Shown here: in pieces, positions 11,456 to 19,949 of the stretch
How positions within the stretch are numbered: position 1 is the stretch's first letter
Layout of the letters: every line of letters begins with the position of its first letter
Origin: Acidobacteriota bacterium
Lineage (GTDB): Bacteria > Acidobacteriota > JAAYUB01
DNA length: 64,000 bases
Assembly (NCBI GenBank): GCA_012517875.1
Contig: JAAYUB010000095.1
Location: forward strand, 787-64,786
Reading direction: 5' to 3'
Program-made: the position numbers and the translations under genes
Notes under the pieces: model-generated
What the model was told of the DNA's origin: nothing
Databases searched by the model: none
What the model saw: the letters and a program-made list of their open reading frames with translations, nothing else

Positions 11456-11968
11456 TTATTGCGTCCGTTGGACCCGGCGGGCGATCGCGGTGGGCTCGTC
11501 CATCCACTCGAAGAACTTGTCGGGGTCCAGGCGGACGTGGAGCACGGCCGCGTCGCCGTCGTCCACCGAGACGATCATGAGCCGCACCTCGTTCTTCGCA
11601 GACTGCACCCAGATGAGCTGGGCCTCGTTGCGGGCGGGGCAGCGCTGGCAGACCATCCGGGCCCAGCCGGGCCCGAGGCACGCGCGGGCACCCGCCTCCA
11701 GCTCGCCGAACCCGGCCGCGGCTTCGCCGGGCACATCTTCAAAGACGGCGAACTGAAGCCCCTTGACTCCCTCCGGCTTGGCGAAGCGCACGGCGAGCCC
11801 CACCAGCCAGCCGCAGGGGATATCGGCCTTCGCGGTGCCGAGCTGCTGTTCCACGTGGCGGACCAGCCGGTCGAACTCCTTGCCGCCGGCCTGAACAGGC
11901 GCCGCCGCAAACAGCGCCAACCCGAGCAGCAGGAAGGTCGGCAGGAGACGTCCAACCGCGGAGCGCAT
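11456..11968 (-). CDS. Secreted hypothetical protein, DUF4252-like paralog (second copy).
   Basis: It has a signal peptide MRSAVGRLLPTFLLLGLALFAAAPVQA. It is similar in length and pattern to the upstream DUF4252-like gene (FD.L...E shared motif, C-terminal VRLMIVSVDD vs LAVINIVGPID). There is a 1-nt gap to the upstream gene. It is the last gene before the terminator. Confidence 0.65.
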   Translation of the reverse strand: MRSAVGRLLPTFLLLGLALFAAAPVQAGGKEFDRLVRHVEQQLGTAKADIPCGWLVGLAVRFAKPEGVKGLQFAVFEDVPGEAAAGFGELEAGARACLGPGWARMVCQRCPARNEAQLIWVQSAKNEVRLMIVSVDDGDAAVLHVRLDPDKFFEWMDEPTAIARRVQRTQ

Positions 11969-11969
11969 G

Positions 11970-12563
11970 TCAGTGGCTCCCGGACCGGTGGTCGTCCTTT
12001 TCCAGCTCCAGGTCGGGGATGCCGATGTGTCCCTCGAGATCCATCAGCATCTCCATGTCGATGGGACCCACGATGTTGATCACCGCCAGCTCCCTGTCCT
12101 CGAAAGCGATGATGGCCAGCCCCTCGATGGCGTCACCTTTGAGCAACATGAAGATGTCGACGTTCTCGCTCCCTTTGCGGCTGCGCACGCCCACGAGCCG
12201 GCTCCATTCCGGCGCGCGGAGCTGGCTGCGGACCGCCTCGATGTCGGCGTCGGTGAACTGGCCGTCCGCGCCGAAGGTGTAGGCCTTCACGTAGATCCCC
12301 TTGAGCGAGTGGACCAGCTTGCGGACTGCGACTTCTTCCGGGTCCTTCTTGGACAGGAACGCGCCGGCGAACCGCAGGCTGTCGCCGTCGAGGGTGACGT
12401 CCACCACCTCGTCCGCCTTGGCCTCGAGGTGCCTGAGGGCGTCGAAATTGATCTGGGCCCCCTGGCCGGCTGCGGCGGGTGAAAGGGCCGCGAGTAGGAA
12501 CAGGGCGAATGCCAGAACCGACAAACGGAACAGGTATGGTTTCATGGTCTTCCTCCGTGTCAT
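11970..12563 (-). CDS. Secreted DUF4252-family-like protein (typically found downstream of ECF sigma/anti-sigma pairs).
   Basis: It has a signal peptide MKPYLFRLSVLAFALFLLAALSPAAAG and then a soluble domain. Gene order is sigma > anti-sigma > this gene. The family assignment is from memory of the DUF4252 context and was not searched. Confidence 0.65.
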   Translation of the reverse strand: MTRRKTMKPYLFRLSVLAFALFLLAALSPAAAGQGAQINFDALRHLEAKADEVVDVTLDGDSLRFAGAFLSKKDPEEVAVRKLVHSLKGIYVKAYTFGADGQFTDADIEAVRSQLRAPEWSRLVGVRSRKGSENVDIFMLLKGDAIEGLAIIAFEDRELAVINIVGPIDMEMLMDLEGHIGIPDLELEKDDHRSGSH

Positions 12564-12608
12564 TTCAGATCAAACCGTCAGATCCGGATCTCCGATGCAT
12601 CACCGAAG

Positions 12609-13022
12609 CTATGTGCGGGCGCGCTCCACGGCCCGCTCCCGGGCGGCGTTCATCTTGCGGCTGGCCAACCGCAGCGCCCGGATCAGTTCCTCTTTCAGTC
12701 GCGCTCCGTCCTCCCGTGACATCCCCGGGGGCAACCCGGTCAGCTCCGGCACCCCGGCCGCCGGGACGACAGGCGCCGCAGGCGGCTCCCCGGCCGGCTG
12801 GCTCGGCCACAGCCCGAACCGCCACTGGGCCCAGCTCCCCGCGGCCAGCAGCAGGGCGGCCGCCGCCAGTCCGCGGACCAGGCGGCCTCGCGATGCCAGC
12901 CGGCGCGACGTGCGCCGGTCGGCGTCAAGCCGGGCCACCCGGGCCATCACCCGGCGGGTGAACTCGGGTCCCGGATCCTCGGGCGCCAGCGCCCGGCGCA
13001 GCTCGTCGTCCAACGGGGTCAT
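12609..13022 (-). CDS. Anti-sigma factor (single-pass membrane protein, RskA/ChrR-like N-terminal domain).
   Basis: The start ATG at 13022 overlaps the TGA of the sigma gene (ATGA coupling). The N-terminal cytoplasmic region is MTPLDDELRRALAPEDPGPEFTRRVMARVARL. There is one TM helix LVRGLAAAALLLAAGSWAQW. The Pro/Ala-rich periplasmic tail is composition only. Confidence 0.7.
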   Translation of the reverse strand: MTPLDDELRRALAPEDPGPEFTRRVMARVARLDADRRTSRRLASRGRLVRGLAAAALLLAAGSWAQWRFGLWPSQPAGEPPAAPVVPAAGVPELTGLPPGMSREDGARLKEELIRALRLASRKMNAARERAVERART

Positions 13023-13522
13023 GAGAGCACCTCCGGCGTATCGGCCACCCGGGCTCGGAGCCAGCGCACGGACCGATGGATCCGGCTCTTCACCGTATCG
13101 ACGGGCACTCTCAGCGTCCGGGCGATCTCCCGGGGCCGGAGGCCCTCCTGGTAGCGGAGTACCATCACCAGCCGCGACGTCGCGGGCAGCCGGCCCACCA
13201 GTTCGCGGAGTTGGCCCAGCAGCAGCGCCTCGCCCTGCTCGGGTGCCGAGGCCAGGGTCGGCACCTCGAGCTCCACGAGCTCCGGCTGGCGGCGGCGGAC
13301 CCGCCACGCGTCCACCACGCACCGCGTGGTCACCTGACGCAGCCAGTGGCGCAGGTGCGCCGCGCTCTGGATGCCTTCCCCGTGCTGGTACAATCGGATG
13401 AACACGTCCTGGGCCACCTCTTCGGCCAGTTCCCGGTCCCGCAGGAATCGGAGCGCCAGGCTGAACACCCATGCCTGGTGTTCCCGCACCACCTGTTCGA
13501 ATTCGGCCGGGCTCCACTCCAT
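13019..13522 (-). CDS. ECF (sigma-70 family, group IV) RNA polymerase sigma factor.
   Basis: Region 2 is FLRDRELAEEVAQDVFIRLYQH. The region 4 HTH is REIARTLRVPVDTVKSRIHRSVRWLR. It is ~167 aa from MEWSPAEF (ATG 13522, GGGAGAGG SD 7 nt upstream). The alternative start at 13552 lacks an SD. Confidence 0.85.
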   Translation of the reverse strand: MEWSPAEFEQVVREHQAWVFSLALRFLRDRELAEEVAQDVFIRLYQHGEGIQSAAHLRHWLRQVTTRCVVDAWRVRRRQPELVELEVPTLASAPEQGEALLLGQLRELVGRLPATSRLVMVLRYQEGLRPREIARTLRVPVDTVKSRIHRSVRWLRARVADTPEVLS

Positions 13523-13564
13523 CGGTTTGCCTCTCCCGGGCACGTCCTGCATTCTTCATACCTA

Positions 13565-13594
13565 TATACGAATGCCCGGAGGCAAACGGGTTCA
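13565..13594 (-). promoter_or_regulatory. Candidate ECF-type autoregulated promoter (TGAACC -N18- CGTATA) upstream of the sigma gene.
   Basis: The minus strand reads gTGAACCcgtttgcctccgggcattCGTATAtagg. ECF promoters usually show GGAAC-like -35 and CGT-containing -10 elements. The spacing here is 18 nt, slightly long. Confidence 0.3.
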
Positions 13595-13726
13595 CGGAGA
13601 GGTGACTTTTCAGCGGCCGGCGGATCGGCAGGGAGCCGACTTTGGGCTGGAGAAAATGTTCCGCCGGGATTATCCTGTGGCGTTCGGGGCGGGCCGGCTC
13701 CGGCACTCCAATGCATCGAGGACTCG

Positions 13727-14965
13727 ATGAAACTGCGCATCAATCCGTATCTGGACCGTCTGGTCTGTTCCGCGACGGGGCAGACCGTGCCCCACCACGA
13801 ATACCGGCACCCAGTCGGCCTGTGCCCCTGCTGCCCCCCGCCGGGCAAGCCGGTGCAGGCATTGTATCGGCTCGACGCGCTCCGCGACGACCGGGCCGGC
13901 GACTGGCAGGGACCCCGTGTCGCCGAGGGTCTCTGGCGCCACGCCGCGCTGCTGCCCGTGTGGGGCGTCGACGACGCCTATGCTGCTGACGTGGGACGGC
14001 CGGTGTTCGTCCGCCACGAGGCGCTGGCGCGCGAGCTGGAGCTCGACCTCCACCTCATGAACGAAGGCGGCCATCCGTCGGGCAGCTTCAAAGACCGCGG
14101 GCTGGCGGTGGGGATCGCCTTCGGCGTCGCCTGCGGCGCCCGCCACTTTTGCCTACCCACCCAGGGAAACGCCGGCGTGGCCGCCTGCCTCTTCTCCAGC
14201 CGGCTGGGGCTGCCGGGGTGCATCGTCTACATGCCCGAGGCGTGGCGCGGGTCCATCTACCACCGGGAGTGTGAATTCTTCGGCGGCGAGGTGCGCTTCC
14301 ACGGCGCCAACATCGCCGCCGCCGGCCGGAAGATGCGCGAGGACCTGCGCGATGAGCTCGCGGCGGGCACGCTGGTGGACATCTCCACGTTTTTCGAGCC
14401 GGGCCGGCTCGAGGGAAAGAAGACCATGGGGCTGGACATCGCCGCGCACTTCGGCCCCCGCGCCCTGCCCGACGCCGTCATCTATCCCACCGGCGGCGGC
14501 ACCGGGCTGGTGGGAATCTGGAAGGCGTTCGCGGAGCTGAATGAGTTGGACCGCCTGCCCGGCCGGCCGCCCGCCATGATCGCGGTGCAGTCGGAGCAGT
14601 GCGCTCCGGTGGTGGAGGCCTTCCGCCGCGGCCTGGCGGCAGTGGAGCCCGTGGTCTCGCGCGGGACCGTGGCCGACGGCCTGGATGTGCCCGGCGCCAT
14701 CATGGGCCACCGGATGCTCGGGGTGCTGCGCGAGTCCGGCGGGACCGCCGTGGCGGCGGCCGAAGCGGAGATCGTGGCCGCGTTCCGTCGCTACGGCGCC
14801 CTGGGCGTGGCCGCAAGCTACGAGGGCGCGGCGACGCTCGCCGCCGCCCGGCGGCTGCGCGCCGAGGGGTTCCTCAAACCCGGCATGAAGGTGCTGCTGG
14901 TGAACACCGCCAGCCATCTCGTTTCCCTCGCGCGTTCGTCGCCCCCGGCGGCCGGCGCGCGCTGA
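13727..14965 (+). CDS. thrC: Threonine synthase (PLP-dependent, fold-type II).
   Basis: The PLP-lysine motif is GSFKDRG and there is a glycine-rich loop PTGGGTGLVGIW. It is 412 aa from ATG 13727 (MKLRINPYLDRL). The longer six-frame ORF from 13076 is Arg-rich upstream and overlaps the divergent sigma gene. Confidence 0.85.
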   Translation: MKLRINPYLDRLVCSATGQTVPHHEYRHPVGLCPCCPPPGKPVQALYRLDALRDDRAGDWQGPRVAEGLWRHAALLPVWGVDDAYAADVGRPVFVRHEALARELELDLHLMNEGGHPSGSFKDRGLAVGIAFGVACGARHFCLPTQGNAGVAACLFSSRLGLPGCIVYMPEAWRGSIYHRECEFFGGEVRFHGANIAAAGRKMREDLRDELAAGTLVDISTFFEPGRLEGKKTMGLDIAAHFGPRALPDAVIYPTGGGTGLVGIWKAFAELNELDRLPGRPPAMIAVQSEQCAPVVEAFRRGLAAVEPVVSRGTVADGLDVPGAIMGHRMLGVLRESGGTAVAAAEAEIVAAFRRYGALGVAASYEGAATLAAARRLRAEGFLKPGMKVLLVNTASHLVSLARSSPPAAGAR

Positions 14966-15295
14966 TCGCGGCGCCGGCCGCGCCGCCACCACCGACCGTT
15001 AGCGCTCACCAAGGCGCGAAGCCACCACGCGGACCTCCCGATTTGGCAAGGCCGAAACGACTTGAGCTCTCAGCGCCGGGGTCTTGGACCTGGAATCTCG
15101 GTTCTGGGGCATTGTTCCCGCATCCCGTGTCCCATTCACAGCATGAACGGACTCCGATCCGACTAGCCAGTCAAATAGAAGCAGGCACTAATAACCGATC
15201 ATCCGAAATGACCAATGACTGATGATCAGTGAAAAATGATCACTGGAAATGCTCACGAGCAACGGCCCCGCACCCGTTCACCTATCCACCTTCAG

Positions 15296-16183
15296 TCACT
15301 GCCCCTCACAGTCGACCGGCGTCTCCCCCACCACCGCCTGGTCAAACGCATCGCGCTCGGGATAGAACTCGAACGCCTGGTTGAGCATGGGCACGACGTG
15401 GGGACCGAGAGCGTAGTCCGTGTAATGCACGCCGAGAAGGAACCGCTGGTCCTCGGTGATGAGCGTGGCGCACCCCTCCCAGAAGAAGCGCCGCACCCGG
15501 CCGTCGGCCACCATGGCCTCCACGGCGCGGCGGCTGACGGCGGAGCGCCCGCCGCGGGCGTCGGCCAGCCCGGCGGCGAAGATGGGGATATCCCGGTCAA
15601 TCCGCAATTCCAGCATGTCCCGCAGGTGCCCCTTGAGCATGCCGCCCGACACGATCTCGTCGAGATATAGGAGCGCGTCGAATCCGACCAGCAACGGCCG
15701 CAGGCGCGCCAGCTCCAACCGGTTGGCGTGGCGCCCCGACGCCGGTCGGCCCTGCCGGTTGCGGATGCCGAATGCCTCCGGGTAGAAGACGAAGCTGGAC
15801 GTGACCGGGAAGTAGGGGGTGAGCGTCAGGCCGGGCAGGCGGCGCCGCAGCGCGCGCCAGATGGGGAACGCGCCGCGCAGCGGCGCATACGCCAGCACCC
15901 GGGCACCGGCCAGCTCCCGGGCCAGGCGCACGGCCAGCCGGTCGCACGCGGCGGCGTAGTCGGCGTTGACCGCCGGGTCGTCCCGGTAGCCGCGCTCGTG
16001 GGGGTGAGACTTCCGCAGGTAGTCGGGCCCCTCGGGCCGAAAGCGCGGCGTCTCCGGCCAGAGCACCGAACTCACCAGCGCGGGATCGGTCACCGCCTCC
16101 CGCCACTCCGCCGGCGTGGCGACGGACACCGCGGCGTCGAACGCCAGCTCCCGGGCCTCGCGGCGGCGAATCCAGAGGCGCAT
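15296..16183 (-). CDS. Hypothetical protein with a phosphoribosyltransferase-like PRPP-binding motif.
   Basis: It starts MRLWIRRRE with GGAGG 8 nt upstream. LLYLDEIVSGGMLKG matches the type I PRTase PRPP loop pattern (hydrophobic x4 - D/E - hydrophobic - x - S/T-G-G). The rest has no recognisable family. Confidence 0.55.
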   Translation of the reverse strand: MRLWIRRREARELAFDAAVSVATPAEWREAVTDPALVSSVLWPETPRFRPEGPDYLRKSHPHERGYRDDPAVNADYAAACDRLAVRLARELAGARVLAYAPLRGAFPIWRALRRRLPGLTLTPYFPVTSSFVFYPEAFGIRNRQGRPASGRHANRLELARLRPLLVGFDALLYLDEIVSGGMLKGHLRDMLELRIDRDIPIFAAGLADARGGRSAVSRRAVEAMVADGRVRRFFWEGCATLITEDQRFLLGVHYTDYALGPHVVPMLNQAFEFYPERDAFDQAVVGETPVDCEGQ

Positions 16184-16196
16184 CCGGTCGTGCCTC

Positions 16197-16499
16197 CTAC
16201 AGCACGGCGCGGTAAAAGACACCGCCCGGCCCCAGAATGAAGATGCGGTCCTGAATCCCCGCGTCGTCCTGCCCCCCCGACGACTCCGTGGGCTGCTGCA
16301 CCTCCAGGACCATCAGCCGCCGGATCGCCGCCTCCTGCGCCATCGCCTCGATGGCGTGCGACTCGTAGAGCGGATAGAACTCGTCGGAGAAGGTGTCGTA
16401 CCCCACCAGGTGCCAACGCGCCGGGTCCAGCTCGTCCAGCCACGGCACCAGCCGCAGCAATTCCTCTCGGGGGACTGTCCTGGGATCTTCGGTCCCCAT
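16197..16499 (-). CDS. Small hypothetical protein (~100 aa), co-directional and 13 nt upstream of the PRTase-like gene.
   Basis: It starts MGTEDPRTVPREELL with a GAAGGTGG SD. Composition is protein-like (LVGYDTFSDEFYPLYESHAIEAMAQEAAIRRLMVLEV). Confidence 0.5.
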   Translation of the reverse strand: MGTEDPRTVPREELLRLVPWLDELDPARWHLVGYDTFSDEFYPLYESHAIEAMAQEAAIRRLMVLEVQQPTESSGGQDDAGIQDRIFILGPGGVFYRAVL

Positions 16500-16724
16500 G
16501 CCGCCACCTTCGCCCTCGACCATCTTTCGAATACCCCTACTGCTGCATGCGTTTGCTTTTCATTATAGTATTGAGACCGTGATCAGGCCAAGTCCATCCG
16601 CTGACATGCGATCACCGCTGGCTGTCACCCTCAACGAAAAGGAATCCACAGCCGGCGGGGGCGCATCCGGGGTTGTGCGGACGCCTGCGTTCTGCTAGAC
16701 TGCCGCTTCGACGCGTCCCCACCG

Positions 16725-17231
16725 GTGAGGAGCATGCTGAGACGGATCCGGACCCGCTGCCGACTGCTCGCCCCCGCTGCCGCCCTGGCGGCGATGCTCC
16801 TGTCCGCCTGGCCCACCGGGCTGGCCCTCTGCCTGCAGGCCGACGGCTGCCTCGACGTGGAGCTGGCGCCCCTGGCCGCCCGCTCTGCCGGCGGGCTGGA
16901 TTCCGCCGGCTGCGTCAGCGACTACTGCCACGCCGAGGAACACCAAGCCGGCCAGGCCGACCACGCGGCAGCAACCATGGGCGACGACCACGCCGCCGGA
17001 TGCCGCGACTTCACCGTGCCCTCAGTGCCGGCGTTCGTCACCCAGTCGGCCCCGGTGCGAGACACCATGCCGACGGGCTTTTCCGCCGCCGCATCTCCGA
17101 CCGGCCCGGGCGTACCGGTTGCAAGCATGCTCCCTGACTCCGCCGGCCATCTGTTACCCGGCGCATCCGGGCCGCCGCCCGGCCTCCTGCCCGCCCTGAC
17201 CACCGTCCGCAGCACCGTCCGGCTCTGCTGA
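16725..17231 (+). CDS. Secreted His/Cys-rich small protein, possibly a CzcI-like periplasmic metal-binding/regulatory protein of the czc operon.
   Basis: It has a signal peptide LLAPAAALAAMLLSAWPTGLALCLQADGC. The metal-ligand-rich stretch is DYCHAEEHQAGQADHAAATMGDDHAAGC. It lies 120 nt upstream of czcC on the same strand. The start is uncertain (GTG 16725 vs ATG 16734). Confidence 0.5.
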   Translation: MRSMLRRIRTRCRLLAPAAALAAMLLSAWPTGLALCLQADGCLDVELAPLAARSAGGLDSAGCVSDYCHAEEHQAGQADHAAATMGDDHAAGCRDFTVPSVPAFVTQSAPVRDTMPTGFSAAASPTGPGVPVASMLPDSAGHLLPGASGPPPGLLPALTTVRSTVRLC

Positions 17232-17351
17232 TCCCCTGAGTTCCGCCGCCTGAACCGCGCCGTGAGCCGTGGGCGGAGGGAACCTCCGCCCCCACTCCCC
17301 CCGGCGGGCCGGCGCCGTCCGTGCCTGCCGCCGCCTGCTGCAGGAGCTGCC

Positions 17352-18647
17352 ATGTTAAATTGCATTCTTCGAACACACCCCGGTGATGGTCCGCGCCGCC
17401 GGACGGTCCGCTTTGCGGCGCTGGCGCTCGGCCTGGCCGCAGCCGTCGGCCTCGCCGCCGCAGTGGATGCTTCCGCCGCCCCCACCCGCCTCACCCTTCG
17501 CGAGGTGTTCGAGCTGGCCGTCGCGGCGAATCCCAACCAGGCTGTCCTGGCGGCCCGCCGCGCCGAAGCTGAAGCCGAGCGGCGCCGGGCCGCCGCCTAC
17601 CCTAATCCCGAGGTGGAAATCACGGCCGGGTGGGCCGACGGACGGGATACCGGCGCCGGTTCGCGCGCTACCATGGGTGCGGAGTTCGCCCAGCCCATCG
17701 AATGGCCGGCGGTGCGTCGGGCCCGCGCAGCCGCTGCCGCTGCAGGCGTCGACGCCGCGGCATGGTACGCCGCCTTGGACCGGGCGGTGCTCGCCGCCGA
17801 GGTTCGGCGGGCGTTCGGCACGGTCCTGTTCCGCCAGCGGATGCTGGCGCTGGCTCGCGAGGACGCGGCCAACGCCGCCGAAATCGAAGCCATCGTCGAC
17901 CTCCGCGTCGCAGGCGGAGAAGCGGCGGAACTCGACCGGATCAAGGTCCGCCTGGAGCGGCTCCGGGCGGACCGGGCCGTCGGGGCGGAGGCCGGCCGGC
18001 TCGCCTCCGCCCGGACCGGGCTGGCTGCGCTGTGCGGCGACACTCTCCCTGCGGATTTCGAGGTGGCGGACGCCTGGCCGGACAATCCGGAACCCGCCGT
18101 CGTAAATCCGGCTGCGGCCTGGACGGACCATCCCGCCCTGCGCCTGCAGGAGGCGGTCCGCGCCCGCCACGAGCAGGAACTGCGGTTGGCCGAGGCCGCC
18201 GGCCGGCCTGCGCTCGCACTGGGGCTGGCCGCGGCGCGGGAATATGACGCCAACAGCCTGGGCGGCTTCCTCCGGCTGGAGTTGCCCGCCTGGGACCGGA
18301 ATGCCGGCGGTATCGCCGCCGCCGCGGCCCGCTGCGATGAGGCGGACGCGCAGCTGGTCAGGCTGCGGCGGGATATCCGCCGCGACGTGGCGCTGGCCGT
18401 CCAGGGCCTGGAACAGGCCCTGACGCGACGGGCCGCGTTCGAGGGCGGCCTGCGCCAGGCGGCCGCCGAGGCGTACCGCATCGAAACCCTGCGCTACCGC
18501 GAGGGGGAGGTGGATTTCCTCCACCTGCTGGATACCTGCCGCACCGCCCGGCAGGTCGAAGTGGAGTACCTCCTCAGCCAATTCGACGTCCAGATGGCCC
18601 GGGCCGAACTCGACCGGGCCCTGGGCAAAGGAGACGTGGAGCCATGA
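17352..18647 (+). CDS. czcC: Outer membrane efflux protein (TolC/CzcC family) of a heavy-metal RND system.
   Basis: It has a signal peptide and Ala/Arg-rich coiled-coil repeats typical of the outer membrane factor family. The GGAG SD is 7 nt before ATG 17352. The stop overlaps the next start (ATGA at 18644-18647). Confidence 0.8.
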   Translation: MLNCILRTHPGDGPRRRTVRFAALALGLAAAVGLAAAVDASAAPTRLTLREVFELAVAANPNQAVLAARRAEAEAERRRAAAYPNPEVEITAGWADGRDTGAGSRATMGAEFAQPIEWPAVRRARAAAAAAGVDAAAWYAALDRAVLAAEVRRAFGTVLFRQRMLALAREDAANAAEIEAIVDLRVAGGEAAELDRIKVRLERLRADRAVGAEAGRLASARTGLAALCGDTLPADFEVADAWPDNPEPAVVNPAAAWTDHPALRLQEAVRARHEQELRLAEAAGRPALALGLAAAREYDANSLGGFLRLELPAWDRNAGGIAAAAARCDEADAQLVRLRRDIRRDVALAVQGLEQALTRRAAFEGGLRQAAAEAYRIETLRYREGEVDFLHLLDTCRTARQVEVEYLLSQFDVQMARAELDRALGKGDVEP

Positions 18648-19900
18648 TCCGACATACTGGATTCCGATTCTTCCTGCTCTTGCTCGCCGCAGCCGCCGGC
18701 CTGGCCGCCGCCGGCTGTGGGGGCGCACCGCCGGCCGCCACGCCGACCGAGGAGCACCACCACGAGGAGGAGGCGGATGGGCCCCTGCACCTGACCCGGG
18801 AGGCGATGCAGGCCAACGGCGTCCGGGTGGAGGCAGCCCGGCCGCAGGCCCTGGACGCGGCCGTCACCTATCCCGGCCGGGTTACCTTCGATACCGAACG
18901 GATGGCCCACGTGAGCGTCCCCGTCTCCGGCCGGGTGGCCGAGGTGCGGGCGCGCCTCGGAGACTCCGTCGCCCGCGGCGACGTGCTCTTGGTGGTGGAC
19001 AGCGTCGCCCTGGGCCAGGCCCAGAGCGACTACCTCCAGCGCCGCACCCAGGTGCAGTCGGCCCGCACCGCCCTGGAGGTGGCCCGCACCGCCGCCGAGC
19101 GGGCCGAGCGCCTCCTGGCGGAGAAGGGGATTTCGGTGGGCGAGTACCAGCGCCGTGACGGCGACCGGCGCAAGGCCGAGGCCGACCTCCAGGCAACCGA
19201 GGCCGCCGAACGGGCCGCCGCCGACCAGCTCCGCCTGTGGGGCATGGCGCCGGCCGACATCGAGCGGCTCGCCCGCACCGCCCAGATCGAGCCGCAGTAC
19301 GTGGTCCGGGCGCCCGTCGCCGGAGAGGTGGTGGAGCGCCACGCCACCCTGGGCGAGGTGGTGGGGCCGGAGCGAGAGGCGGTCTTCCTGCTTGCGGACA
19401 TCCGCACCCTCTGGGTGCTGGCCGACGTCCCCGAATCCGAAATCCAGCATTTCAGAACCGGCCAGGCGGCGTCGATCACCGCCCCGGCGCTCGGCGGCAT
19501 CACCGTGGCCGGCACGGTGACCTTCATCCCGCCCGCGGTGGATCCGGCCACGCGCACCGTGCCCGTCCGCCTCGAGGTGGGCAGCAGCGGACTCTCTCTC
19601 AAGGCCGGCATGTTCGTGGAGGTGCGTTTCACCCCGGCGGGAGGCCCCGCCTCCCGACTGGCCGTGCCCGCCGACGCGATCCAGTCCGTGGACGGCCAAC
19701 CGGCTGTTTTCCTGGAATTGGCCGATGAAGCGGGTGCGTTTCGGCCCCGGTTCATCCAGCCCGGGCCGGCGACCGGCGGGCTCGTCCCCATCGCCGCCGG
19801 CTTGCAGGCCGGCGACCGGGTGGTGGTGACGGGCGCATTCGTCCTCAAGGCCCAGTACGAAAAGGCGCTGATGGAAGGCAAGACTTGTTCAGGTCATTGA
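18644..19900 (+). CDS. czcB: RND efflux periplasmic adaptor subunit (CzcB/CusB-like membrane fusion protein) with a His-rich N-terminus.
   Basis: The lipoprotein-like N-terminus is LLLLAAAAGLAAAGCGG. His/Glu-rich TEEHHHEEEADG follows. It has the MFP family architecture (beta-barrel/lipoyl/alpha-hairpin) and is translationally coupled to czcC. Confidence 0.85.
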   Translation: MIRHTGFRFFLLLLAAAAGLAAAGCGGAPPAATPTEEHHHEEEADGPLHLTREAMQANGVRVEAARPQALDAAVTYPGRVTFDTERMAHVSVPVSGRVAEVRARLGDSVARGDVLLVVDSVALGQAQSDYLQRRTQVQSARTALEVARTAAERAERLLAEKGISVGEYQRRDGDRRKAEADLQATEAAERAAADQLRLWGMAPADIERLARTAQIEPQYVVRAPVAGEVVERHATLGEVVGPEREAVFLLADIRTLWVLADVPESEIQHFRTGQAASITAPALGGITVAGTVTFIPPAVDPATRTVPVRLEVGSSGLSLKAGMFVEVRFTPAGGPASRLAVPADAIQSVDGQPAVFLELADEAGAFRPRFIQPGPATGGLVPIAAGLQAGDRVVVTGAFVLKAQYEKALMEGKTCSGH

Positions 19901-19949
19901 CGCGGCTACAGCAGAGGCCGGCCCGGCCGGCTTCGGGAGAAGTGCAGCC

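Noticed and set aside
13690-13712. Sigma-54-like GGCAC-N5-TGCA element upstream of thrC.
   Set aside because: The GG-to-GC spacing is off by one from the TGGCAC-N5-TTGCW consensus, the flanking T/TT residues are missing, and a biosynthetic thrC is an unlikely sigma-54 target.
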